Below, piece after piece: positions 1 to 8,732 of a stretch of 15,177 nt of DNA. A model generated the notes under the pieces. It was given only the letters and a program-made list of their open reading frames with translations. It did no database searches and was not told where the DNA came from. Position 1 is the stretch's first letter. Every line of letters begins with the position of its first letter. Position numbers and translations under genes: made by a program. This DNA comes from Thermodesulfobacteriota bacterium (GTDB taxonomy: Bacteria; Desulfobacterota_D; UBA1144): positions 1 through 15,177 of the forward strand of contig JAQWMJ010000054.1 in NCBI GenBank assembly GCA_029246845.1, in the 5' to 3' direction.

Positions 1-1
1 C

Positions 2-1560
2 GGAACTCTTACACTCTCTGGAACTAATACCTATACTGGCACCACTACTATAAATAATGGAACCCTTACAGTAAGTGGAGCACTATCTGATAGTAGTTCG
101 TTAAGTGTTGCCTCTGGAAAAACGTATACCCTTAGTGCGAACGACACTGTTGCTTCAATTGCAGGTGCAGGAACTATTGCAACTGGTGGATATACTCTTA
201 CGGCTGGAGGTGGCGGTAGTAGTACAACATTTTCAGGTGTGATATCAGGAAGTGGTGGTCTTACAAAAGCAGGAAGCGGAACTCTTACACTCTCTGGAAC
301 TAATACCTATACTGGTGCTACAACTATAAGTGCAGGAGCCTTGACAGTAAGTGGAGCACTATCTGATAGCACTGCAGTAAGTGTTACTTCTGGAAAAACT
401 TATACTCTTGGTGCGAATGATACTGTTAGTTCAATCTCAGGTGCAGGAAATATAGTAAATGGTGGATATACTCTAACAGCCGGCAATTCTAGTAACCAGA
501 CATTTTCAGGTGTGATATCAGGAAGTGGTGGTCTTACAAAAGCAGGAAGTGGAACTCTTACACTCTCAGGAACTAATACCCATACTGGTACCACTAGTGT
601 AAGTGCAGGGACTCTTACAGTAAGTGGATCTCTATCTGATAGTAGTTCGTTAAGTGTTTCCTCTGGAGCAACTTATACTCTTGGTGCGAATGATACTTTT
701 GCTTCGATTGCAGGTTCAGGAACTATTGCAACTGGTGGATACACTCTAACGATGGGTGACGGTAATGATCATACATTTGCAGGTGTAATATCAGGAACCG
801 GTGGTCTTACAAAACAAGGAGGAGGAAAACTCACATTGTCAGGGACTAATACTTATACAGGTGCTACGACTTTAAATACAGGCATTTTAAGTGTAACGGG
901 ATCTCTATCTGACAGCACTGCATTTACTGGTGCTGCTGGATCAACTTATGCAATGTATGTAGCTGATGAAATTGGTTCAATTGCAGGTGGAGGAAGTATA
1001 GCAAATGGTGGCTATGGTCTTACGGTTGGAGGAGATAACAGTAGTACGACCTACTCAGGTGTAATAAGTGGTACTGGTGGTCTTACAAAAGCAGGAAGTG
1101 GAACTCTTACATTAACTGGAGTTAATACTTATACTGGCGGTACGACTATAGAGGGTGGCTCTGTTGGTGTTGCTACTGCCTCTGGCGTTGACACTAATCC
1201 ATTTGTAGATACTACTTCAATGTCTATTTCTTCTGGAGCAAGTTTTATCTACAATTTAAGTACCAATCAAACATTGTCAGGTGTAATAAGTGGAGCTGGT
1301 GGTGTCGCACACACAGGAAGCGGGACTCTTACGCTCTCCGGAACTAATACCTATACAGGCGATACAACTATAAGCGAAGGTGACATAAATGTTACAGGCA
1401 AATTAGGCAATGGTAGTTATAGTGGGGACATGACAATAGCGTCTGGTTCCCAATTTATCTATTCATCCGATAGTGATCAAACATTATCAGGCACTATATC
1501 AGGTGCTGGAGTTCTGGTAAATCACAAATCTGGCAGTGGCACATTGACTTTATCAGGTAC
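2..1560 (+). repeat. Intragenic tandem repeats: GxLTL(S/T)G anchors at 2, 278, 551, 824, 1100, 1322 and 1538 (periods 92, 91, 91, 92, 74, 72 aa)
   Basis: Near-identical DNA blocks such as ggtggtcttacaaaagcaggaag(c/t)ggaactcttaca recur at 273-276-nt spacing. The last two units are shorter and more diverged. Confidence 0.9.
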
Positions 1561-1810
1561 TGTTTCGTATACCGGAAGTCAGGAGCTATCTTTGGCTGCA
1601 GGCCAATCAATTCAATTAGTTGAAAATAATAAACCTATAAATAATGATAGTTTGTCCAAAATAGATTTGCTGAATAATATCGATGAAGGATTTGGCAATT
1701 ATGCTCACTTTGACATAGAAATAAATCCTTTTAACGAAATAAAAGAGCAATTAATTGTATTCGATAATAAAGAAAATAATGACCTAACAAGTTTATTGGT
1801 GGAAAAATAA
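2..1810 (+). CDS. 5'-truncated large exoprotein/adhesin with autotransporter-associated beta-strand repeats (PATR-like); probable TpsA-type passenger
   Basis: The frame is open from base 2 (GTLTLSGTNTYTGTTTINNG...), so the GTG at 239 is not the true start. It has repeated ISGSGGLTKAGSGTLTLSGTNTYTGxTTI motifs and ends in a ~65-aa acidic tail with no translocator barrel. A TpsB gene lies downstream on the same strand. Confidence 0.85.
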   Translation, partial: GTLTLSGTNTYTGTTTINNGTLTVSGALSDSSSLSVASGKTYTLSANDTVASIAGAGTIATGGYTLTAGGGGSSTTFSGVISGSGGLTKAGSGTLTLSGTNTYTGATTISAGALTVSGALSDSTAVSVTSGKTYTLGANDTVSSISGAGNIVNGGYTLTAGNSSNQTFSGVISGSGGLTKAGSGTLTLSGTNTHTGTTSVSAGTLTVSGSLSDSSSLSVSSGATYTLGANDTFASIAGSGTIATGGYTLTMGDGNDHTFAGVISGTGGLTKQGGGKLTLSGTNTYTGATTLNTGILSVTGSLSDSTAFTGAAGSTYAMYVADEIGSIAGGGSIANGGYGLTVGGDNSSTTYSGVISGTGGLTKAGSGTLTLTGVNTYTGGTTIEGGSVGVATASGVDTNPFVDTTSMSISSGASFIYNLSTNQTLSGVISGAGGVAHTGSGTLTLSGTNTYTGDTTISEGDINVTGKLGNGSYSGDMTIASGSQFIYSSDSDQTLSGTISGAGVLVNHKSGSGTLTLSGTVSYTGSQELSLAAGQSIQLVENNKPINNDSLSKIDLLNNIDEGFGNYAHFDIEINPFNEIKEQLIVFDNKENNDLTSLLVEK

Positions 1811-1880
1811 TGGAAGCGTGGGAATTCAATAGTTGTTTCAAATTTGGTGTAATGATAATTGAAGACGGTGGGAGTCTGTC

Positions 1881-2537
1881 ATGATTAGATTTAAGTTTTT
1901 TATTTTCTTTTGTTTTATAATTTTAAACTTAGCTAGTCTATCGTATTCACAAAATGAAACCGACAATGTTCACAATCTCCTTTCTGAGTCAATAAAAATG
2001 ATTGACAATAGGATGTATTCTGATGCAGAAAGGTCAATAAATTCTATAATTGAACTCTCCCCGGACTTTAAACCAGCAATTTACTACAGAGCTTTATCTA
2101 GAATGCATTTAAAAAAAATAGATTTAGCCGAAAAAGACTTTCTTTCTGTCCTGAATAGTGGGGAAAGCTTTCCTGATTTGTTTTTCTATCTTGGTTTAGT
2201 AAGCGAAATGCAAGAAAAAAATACTGATGCAATTAATTATTATTCAAAAGCCCTAACTCTTGATCCAATCAATTCAAGATATCACAACAATAGAGGCATG
2301 ATTTATGCCAAGAATGGAGAATTTAATCTTGCGTTTGAAGATGTAAATAAAGCGATTGCGATTGATCCTCAATATGCTAGAGCCTATTTCAATAGGGCTC
2401 TATATTTCTATTACATAAAAAAAGACAAAAAACTAGCAATAAATGATATGAAAAAATCGAAAAATTTTTACTCGCTTCAAAAGCGACTTGCTGAATCAAA
2501 TTTAGCACAGGAGGCGTTGTCCAAATGGATGGATTAA
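1881..2537 (+). CDS. Exported tetratricopeptide-repeat (TPR) protein
   Basis: N-terminal signal peptide (MIRFKFFIFFCFIILNLASLSYS) and TPR consensus segments (YYSKALTLDPINSRYHNNRGMIY; VNKAIAIDPQYARAYFNRA). Confidence 0.9.
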   Translation: MIRFKFFIFFCFIILNLASLSYSQNETDNVHNLLSESIKMIDNRMYSDAERSINSIIELSPDFKPAIYYRALSRMHLKKIDLAEKDFLSVLNSGESFPDLFFYLGLVSEMQEKNTDAINYYSKALTLDPINSRYHNNRGMIYAKNGEFNLAFEDVNKAIAIDPQYARAYFNRALYFYYIKKDKKLAINDMKKSKNFYSLQKRLAESNLAQEALSKWMD

Positions 2538-4906
2538 GAAAAGTATTAATTGCCATTTTTATCTTGTTTTTTGTTAGTTGCCTTGGTGGAGGTGGCGAAA
2601 AAAAAGCAGCTGGCAGTTCTGGGAGTGGAGGAGGATCAACGGCCTGTTCTTATCGAGGAGATGATTATTCTGGTTGTTATCCAGCTCAATATGCAACATC
2701 TACCTATGAAACAGCGGAGTATAACAACGCCTATGGATTGGGCGATACGAGTGCATCAACTGCGTACTCACGAGAACTTACAGGCTCCGGTGTAAAAGTT
2801 GGAATATTTGATACAGGAATAGATACGACTCATAGTGAATTTAGTGGAAAAACTATTACCGGTTACAACTACGAATCAAGTAATACTTCGGTGACTGACG
2901 GCAATGGCCATGGGACACATGTTGCTGGAATAATTGCAGCGAAGAAAGATGGTGTGGGTATGCACGGCGTCGCTTATGGAGTTACACATATTTATAGCTA
3001 TGACATATTTAACGACAGTGGAACTTTTCAGGGTGCATATAATACAACAATTCCTAGTGCAATTTCAAAAGCTATAACAGCTGGTGTTAAGGTTATTAAT
3101 AATAGTTGGGGTACAACTACAGCCATAAATGCTCGCTCAAAAAGCTCTTGGGAGTCGTCATATAGTACCTCAATTACATCCTACGAATCGCTTGCTACTA
3201 ATAATATTATCAGTGTCTGGGCGGCAGGAAATCAAGGAGCAACTCAAGTTAGTTTTGAGGCGGGTATTCCACATTATTGGACCGGTACCGCGGACCATTG
3301 GATTGCGGTAGTCGCCATTGATACTGATGGAAAAGAGACATCATATACGAATCGGTGTGGGGTGGCGGCCGCCTGGTGTATATCAGCACCTGGCCATGCA
3401 ATTTATAGTGTTGAGGATGGTGGAACATATAATAATAAGAATGGAACCTCTCAGGCAGCGCCACATGTAGCTGGAGCAATCGCAATACTAATAGAAACTT
3501 TTCCAAATCTTACTGCAAAGCAGGTAGTAAGTAGACTCCTTGCTACAGCTTCAACAAGTGGTTTGACAGGGTACTATGGAGAATCCTACTCTGAGGCAAT
3601 TTTTGGCGTAGGCAAAATGGACTTGGATAAAGCGACGAAACCAATAGCTGTCCTCGGACTTTCAGTTGCCGGTACAAATACATCTAATTCAACAAGCTAT
3701 ACCCTTAACTCAACAAAGCTGAGGCTTTCCAAGGTTTTTGGTCAAAATAGAGTAGTCAATAGAATAATTCAAAGAAAAACTAATTTTTCCAAACAAGCTG
3801 ATAAAACGATGATGGCGAGCTTTGATTCATATGATAATGCAATATTTTATGTAAACATGCTCTCTCTCACTAGCGAATCGATTTATCAACCTTTTGATCT
3901 TGATTCTCTTTTATTTAGAGATGTCCAAGAGCAAAAAATATTTGATATTGGAAATTTAAAGATGTATGGAATTTTGCACCTTAATGATTCTGATAAATAT
4001 TCTCCTCAATCTCCCTTTAAAAATATAAGAGCTGATCTTCATGTTAATAAAAATCTTGAATTAAAATACAATTATTCAGAGGCACGAAGATACTATCTTT
4101 TATCACGAAACTCTGAAAATTTTATCAAATCTCCCGTCATATATGACGCTTTTCATAATCCTTACATTGGATTGAACGGAGAATCGTTTAGTTTGGAAAG
4201 CATATATACCCTAAACGGAAATTCAGATATCTCTTTTTTTTATGAATATGAGAAATATTACGAAGATTTAGAATCTAGCCTTGATGACAGAAGAGGTTTT
4301 TCATCAATAAAAGGAATCAAAATTAATCTGGCATCGAATGAGAAGAACAAGTTTTCTTTTTTCTTCGGTAGAATGGATGAGGAGGGTTCTTTTCTAGGAT
4401 CCACAACTTCAGGTGCGTTTAGATTAAAAGATAGTACGAAAACTAATATTTTTGGATCAGCTTTCCAAACATATTTTAATGAATCAACAAAATTATTTTT
4501 GACAAGTTTCTATGGAAATACAAAAGTTGATCCACATCCAGAATCCTTATTTAGTGATTTCGAAGCGATTAATTCTTTTTCCTGGAGCCTAGGTTTGTTG
4601 CACGATAAGTTTATTAGTCATAACTCTTCTATAGGTGCAATAGTGCATCAACCTATTAGAGCAGAGAGCGGGTCTTTTTCACTTGAGATTCCATTGTACT
4701 CTGATTACTTAGGTAATATTTATTCGTATAATCAGAAATACGAACTAGAGCCGAATGGAAGAGAAATCAATTATGAGCTATTTTACGAAAAAGATTTAAG
4801 TAACTATAAAATGAGATTTGCATCTTTATTTATTAAAGACGGTGGTCATCTGGCATATGGTGATTTGGAAAAAGTCTTTACGATAGAACTTAAAAGTAAT
4901 TTTTAA
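2525..4906 (+). CDS. Lipoprotein S8 (subtilisin-family) serine protease with C-terminal putative outer-membrane beta-barrel (autotransporter-like)
   Basis: Lipobox FFVSC followed by a Gly/Ser linker. Catalytic motifs FDTG, HGTHVAG, AAGN and GTSQAAPHVAG are present. The C-terminal ~400 aa is rich in amphipathic aromatic strands and ends in Phe. Confidence 0.9.
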   Translation: MDGLRKVLIAIFILFFVSCLGGGGEKKAAGSSGSGGGSTACSYRGDDYSGCYPAQYATSTYETAEYNNAYGLGDTSASTAYSRELTGSGVKVGIFDTGIDTTHSEFSGKTITGYNYESSNTSVTDGNGHGTHVAGIIAAKKDGVGMHGVAYGVTHIYSYDIFNDSGTFQGAYNTTIPSAISKAITAGVKVINNSWGTTTAINARSKSSWESSYSTSITSYESLATNNIISVWAAGNQGATQVSFEAGIPHYWTGTADHWIAVVAIDTDGKETSYTNRCGVAAAWCISAPGHAIYSVEDGGTYNNKNGTSQAAPHVAGAIAILIETFPNLTAKQVVSRLLATASTSGLTGYYGESYSEAIFGVGKMDLDKATKPIAVLGLSVAGTNTSNSTSYTLNSTKLRLSKVFGQNRVVNRIIQRKTNFSKQADKTMMASFDSYDNAIFYVNMLSLTSESIYQPFDLDSLLFRDVQEQKIFDIGNLKMYGILHLNDSDKYSPQSPFKNIRADLHVNKNLELKYNYSEARRYYLLSRNSENFIKSPVIYDAFHNPYIGLNGESFSLESIYTLNGNSDISFFYEYEKYYEDLESSLDDRRGFSSIKGIKINLASNEKNKFSFFFGRMDEEGSFLGSTTSGAFRLKDSTKTNIFGSAFQTYFNESTKLFLTSFYGNTKVDPHPESLFSDFEAINSFSWSLGLLHDKFISHNSSIGAIVHQPIRAESGSFSLEIPLYSDYLGNIYSYNQKYELEPNGREINYELFYEKDLSNYKMRFASLFIKDGGHLAYGDLEKVFTIELKSNF

Positions 4907-4907
4907 A

Positions 4908-5336
4908 ATGAGATTTCTTACCCTATTTTTTTTTTCGATTATTTTATTAATCTCTTGTTCTAAAAGTGAAAAGATTTCTATAATACTAAAAGATTCTCAA
5001 TGTGGCACCGTAGCTCAAAAACAACATATTGTTGTAGATGGTGATGAAGAATGGGAGGCTCTTTATAAAAATCTTTTACAAACAAACTCACTTAACAACT
5101 TAAGTGATCAAGAACTAGGAGTTTTTATCTTTCTTGGAGAAAGATCTTCAAGTGGTTATTCACTTGATTTTATAGAGTCTTATACAACTGACAAAGAATT
5201 CATTATTGTCGTGTACGAAATAGAGCCAAAAGAATTAGATCCTGTATTAACTGTAATGACCTATCCTTGTATAGCACTAAAAATTCCTAAAACAGATAAA
5301 GAAATAAAAATTATATTTAAAGAGTCTAGGGAATGA
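4908..5336 (+). CDS. Lipoprotein with protease complex subunit PrcB C-terminal-like domain
   Basis: Lipobox LLISC. The pattern FIFLGERSSSGYSL...IIVVYEIEP...VLTVMTYPCIALKIPK fits the PrcB_C family as I recall it. It starts 1 nt after the protease stop. Confidence 0.75.
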   Translation: MRFLTLFFFSIILLISCSKSEKISIILKDSQCGTVAQKQHIVVDGDEEWEALYKNLLQTNSLNNLSDQELGVFIFLGERSSSGYSLDFIESYTTDKEFIIVVYEIEPKELDPVLTVMTYPCIALKIPKTDKEIKIIFKESRE

Positions 5337-5342
5337 TAAGTC

Positions 5343-7016
5343 ATGTTTGCTAAAATCTTAATATTTCTATTAATTACACTGACAATTAGTCAATTTGCGC
5401 ATTCAATGGATGATTCCGGGATCCTTGAAAAGACATTACCCTTCAAAGAGAGGAAACAGACGGGAACATTTAGGAATGTGCCCAGAATAGATGAAGAAAT
5501 AAAAACTAAAGACACGGGTCCTCAAGTGGTTATTGATAAGATTACAATAAAAGGAAACTCTTTAATTAAAGATGAAGAAATATTTTTGATTACCAATAAA
5601 TATTTAGAAAAAAGTCTTAATCTTCAAAATCTTAATGCCATTATAAATGAAATTGGTTTTTATTACAGAAAAAATGGATACTGGGCACGAGCAATACTCC
5701 CCGAGCAAGATATAGAGAATGGACAGTTATTGATTGAAATTTATGAAGGAATTTTGGGGAGTGTAGAGATAGAAAAAAAAGATAAAAATATCCGTTTTTC
5801 AGAAAAGAGATCTAAAGCATTTATTCTATATGGACAAAAGAAAAGAACTCCTATCAACATCCTTAAGCTTGAAAACGCAGTAAAAGAGCTAAGCAATGTG
5901 CCTGGTATTGAATCATCAATTGTATTAAAGGAAGGAGAAAATACTAGCGAGACGGATGTAGTAATAAAATTATCAAACACTCCTATGATAAATGGACTAA
6001 TAAAATTTGATAATCATGGAACAAGATCAACGGGTAGGAGTAGAGGGATTTTCTCAGTTAATCTGGACGGCCTATTCAATATTGGCGATAGATTTTTATT
6101 CCAATATCTACAAGTACGCGATATAAAATATAAAGCATATGGACTAAGCCTTCCCATTCTTAATGATGGCACAAAGATTAAATATATGTACACAAATATG
6201 AATTACGAGTTGGGATATCCTTTTAAGTCTCTAGATGCTGAAGGAAAATCTAATACCAAGAAATTCTCGATATCTAAACCTTTAATCTTTTTAAATAATA
6301 TCAATGTAAGATTTGATTACGATTTTTTAATTAGTGAATATTCAAATGAATCTTTAGGAGCTACAATATCAGATAAAAGTATTAAATCATCTGTATTATC
6401 TTCAATTTTAACTAATTCTGATTCTTTTATGGGAGAGGGAACTACTTGGGGTATTTTGAGCTTTACAAATGGCAAGCTGGATCTTTCGGGGCAACAGTCA
6501 AATCTTAATTCTGATTCTCTAGGTGCTAAAACTAATGGACATTTTAATAAAATATTTTCGTCTTTCACTCGTATACAAAGATTAGGTAGAAGAACTACTT
6601 TTTGGCTAATGACGGATTTTCAATTCTCATTTAAAAATCTAGATTCTAGCCAAAAACTATCGCTTGGAGGTGGAAACGGTATAAGAGCATATCCTGTATC
6701 GGAAGCAAATGGTGATAATGCAATTATTATAAAATCTGAGATACATCATTATTTAAGCAAAGGTATTGAAGGTTTAATCTTTTTTGATTATGGTCGCGTA
6801 AAACTTTACAAGAACACTTGGACTCCAACTACAAATAATTATTCTCTCAAAGGCGCTGGTATCGGGATAATCTCAAGATCTTTTTATGATGCTACATTAA
6901 AAACTTATTTGGCTAGAAAGGTAGGGTCGAATAAAGGGGCGGATACAAATGGTAATGATAACGACGGAACAGATAATACCTTTACTTTTTGGATCGAAGC
7001 TTTTAAGAATTTTTAG
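5343..7016 (+). CDS. ShlB/FhaC/HecB family two-partner secretion transporter (TpsB)
   Basis: Signal peptide, POTRA-type segment (ITIKGNSLI...YYRKNGYWARAILPEQDIENGQLLIEIYEG), DNHGTRSTG barrel start, loop-6 motif LGGGNGIRAY (VRGY variant), FFDYG and terminal Phe. Confidence 0.92.
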   Translation: MFAKILIFLLITLTISQFAHSMDDSGILEKTLPFKERKQTGTFRNVPRIDEEIKTKDTGPQVVIDKITIKGNSLIKDEEIFLITNKYLEKSLNLQNLNAIINEIGFYYRKNGYWARAILPEQDIENGQLLIEIYEGILGSVEIEKKDKNIRFSEKRSKAFILYGQKKRTPINILKLENAVKELSNVPGIESSIVLKEGENTSETDVVIKLSNTPMINGLIKFDNHGTRSTGRSRGIFSVNLDGLFNIGDRFLFQYLQVRDIKYKAYGLSLPILNDGTKIKYMYTNMNYELGYPFKSLDAEGKSNTKKFSISKPLIFLNNINVRFDYDFLISEYSNESLGATISDKSIKSSVLSSILTNSDSFMGEGTTWGILSFTNGKLDLSGQQSNLNSDSLGAKTNGHFNKIFSSFTRIQRLGRRTTFWLMTDFQFSFKNLDSSQKLSLGGGNGIRAYPVSEANGDNAIIIKSEIHHYLSKGIEGLIFFDYGRVKLYKNTWTPTTNNYSLKGAGIGIISRSFYDATLKTYLARKVGSNKGADTNGNDNDGTDNTFTFWIEAFKNF

Positions 7017-7132
7017 TATAGATATCTAGGATCAATCTTGTCTTTTATGATACTTCTCACAAAATGATTATATCAGCATAACTATAGTTATCGGTACAAT
7101 TGTATTATGATTTAAAAACAGTATATTTTATT

Positions 7133-7423
7133 ATGGCCACTGAGATTCTATTAAAACATAATGAATCTGGTTTAACTAAAATCGGTTGCTACGGATTTAG
7201 TTGGACATATCTTTGCTTTGGTTTTTTTGTGCCTTTGATTAGAGGTGAATTAGGAGTAGGGGCTCTTCATATTGTATTTGCAATGTTTTCGTTCGGGATT
7301 TCAAATATTATCTTTGCTTTTATCTATAATAAACAATATCTTAGACGACAATTGGAAAGCGGATGGGTCTTTGCGGGTGAAGAATCACAAAATCAGCTTG
7401 CAAAAGCATCTATTTCACAATAA
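7133..7423 (+). CDS. Small membrane protein (DUF2628/HrgC-like)
   Basis: Motifs GFSWTYLCFGFFVPLIRG and FIYNKQYLRRQLESGW, with hydrophobic segments. ATG at 7133 is preferred to TTG at 7100. Confidence 0.65.
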   Translation: MATEILLKHNESGLTKIGCYGFSWTYLCFGFFVPLIRGELGVGALHIVFAMFSFGISNIIFAFIYNKQYLRRQLESGWVFAGEESQNQLAKASISQ

Positions 7424-7462
7424 CAAAAAACATAAACAAAGATTTAAAAGAATAGGACGGAC

Positions 7463-7840
7463 CTATTTTATTCCGTTTGCTCTTTGAATAAATCTTATGT
7501 ATTTGATAATATCAGCTATCTCTTCATCTGTGATATTTTTGACTGCAGACATATTTCCAAAGGTCCAATGATGAGATTGTACTCCATATTTAACAGCTGA
7601 GTAGAAGGACCCATCACCATGATGACTTGGTTCATATATTATATGAATTAGGGGAGGACCTGCGCCTTTAACACCAACACCATGAATACCATGACAAGAA
7701 ATACAATTTTTATTAAAAAGTGATTCACCATTTAAATATTGCTCTTTGATTTGAGGAACTTTAATATTTACCATGGATTCGCCTATAGAAATTGTGGGAA
7801 AAAGATAACAAATTAAAAAAAGGTAACTTAAAATTTTCAT
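7463..7840 (-). CDS. Periplasmic monoheme class I cytochrome c
   Basis: Signal peptide, heme motif GESLFNKNCISCHG, GPPL, candidate distal Met (FGNMSAV) and C-terminal helix EIADIIKYIR. Confidence 0.92.
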   Translation of the reverse strand: MKILSYLFLICYLFPTISIGESMVNIKVPQIKEQYLNGESLFNKNCISCHGIHGVGVKGAGPPLIHIIYEPSHHGDGSFYSAVKYGVQSHHWTFGNMSAVKNITDEEIADIIKYIRFIQRANGIK

Positions 7841-7895
7841 TCAATAATTATAACTAGTAATAATTTTATTATAATAAAACACTAAATTTACTGAA

Positions 7896-8609
7896 CTATT
7901 TAAGGAGTCTGTCTTCTTCCCATTCGCCTTCATGAACATAACCTTGTTTAGGGCCTTCACCCCAAGTATAAGATCCCCTTCCATGCTTTTTATTGTTTTT
8001 ATATTCTCCTTCATATCTTGTGCCATCAGAATAAGTACTTATTCCTTTACCATGTCTTTTGCCATCCTTATATTCTCCTACATACTTTTCACCGGTTGGC
8101 TTAGTGTAAGTTCCCATACCATTCATTTTATCGTCTTTCCATTCACCTACATATTCATGTCCATTATTGTGACCTTTTCCCCAGGTATAAATTCCGCTTC
8201 CATGTTTCTTATTGTCTTTCCATTCACCTATATATTTATGACCTTCCATGGGACCTTTTCCCCAGACATAAGTTCCTTTTCCATGTTTCTTCCCATTCTT
8301 TATTCCACCCTCATATCTAGTACCATCTGACCAAATATTTATTCCTTTTCCATGTCTTATATTGTTTCTCCATTCACCTACATATTTTTCCCCATCTTCC
8401 CACTTACCACCTAACTTATTTGAAGACGTGTACGTTCCTTTTCCATGGTAGGTCCCGTTCTTCCACTCACCTACATATTTGCCTCCTGGAAAAGAAAGAA
8501 CTCCTTCGCATTTATCCCATACAAGTGGATCACCACCCTCGCACATAGGTAAAGAATATGAGTTAATTGAAATTAAAAAGAAGAATAGTAGACTATTTAG
8601 GTTCTTCAT
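7896..8609 (-). CDS. Exported MORN-repeat protein
   Basis: Signal peptide and about 7-8 YxGEWKxxKxHGxGxYxW repeats. Confidence 0.9.
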   Translation of the reverse strand: MKNLNSLLFFFLISINSYSLPMCEGGDPLVWDKCEGVLSFPGGKYVGEWKNGTYHGKGTYTSSNKLGGKWEDGEKYVGEWRNNIRHGKGINIWSDGTRYEGGIKNGKKHGKGTYVWGKGPMEGHKYIGEWKDNKKHGSGIYTWGKGHNNGHEYVGEWKDDKMNGMGTYTKPTGEKYVGEYKDGKRHGKGISTYSDGTRYEGEYKNNKKHGRGSYTWGEGPKQGYVHEGEWEEDRLLK

Positions 8610-8665
8610 TATCTAATTATAGCAAATATTTAGTTTTACTAAAAGTTTTCATTTTGCTGGACTTT

Positions 8666-8690
8666 TGATAATTTTCTGATTAATTTATCA
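8666..8690. promoter_or_regulatory. Candidate operator: TGATAA-N13-TTATCA inverted repeat in the divergent MORN/porin intergenic region
   Basis: Sequence tgataattttctgattaatttatca. The half-sites resemble Fur-family TGATAAT. The AT-rich background weakens the case. Confidence 0.3.
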
Positions 8691-8732
8691 CTAACAAATT
8701 TGAATTTAATGATTAATAAATGGAGAAAATAT

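Noticed and set aside
239..1810. Start at 239 and a classical autotransporter call
   Set aside because: The frame is open from base 2, and no C-terminal translocator barrel is encoded.
2645..2677. RGD inside a Cys-bounded loop (CSYRGDDYSGC) of the protease
   Set aside because: A single tripeptide is easily chance, and there is no evidence of an animal host.
1..3660. Higher GC in the adhesin repeats and protease domain as a sign of horizontal transfer
   Set aside because: Gly/Ala/Thr/Ser-rich coding explains it. Third codon positions remain A/T-rich and no mobility genes are visible.
7019..7104. Three short perfect palindromes (TAGATATCTA 7019-7028, ATAACTATAGTTAT 7078-7091, TACAATTGTA 7095-7104)
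   Set aside because: They are very AT-rich, unrelated to one another and match no operator I recognise. Chance cannot be excluded.
7920..8480. DNA repeats (ttccattcacctacatat) in the MORN gene
   Set aside because: They are fully explained by the encoded YVGEWK MORN repeats.
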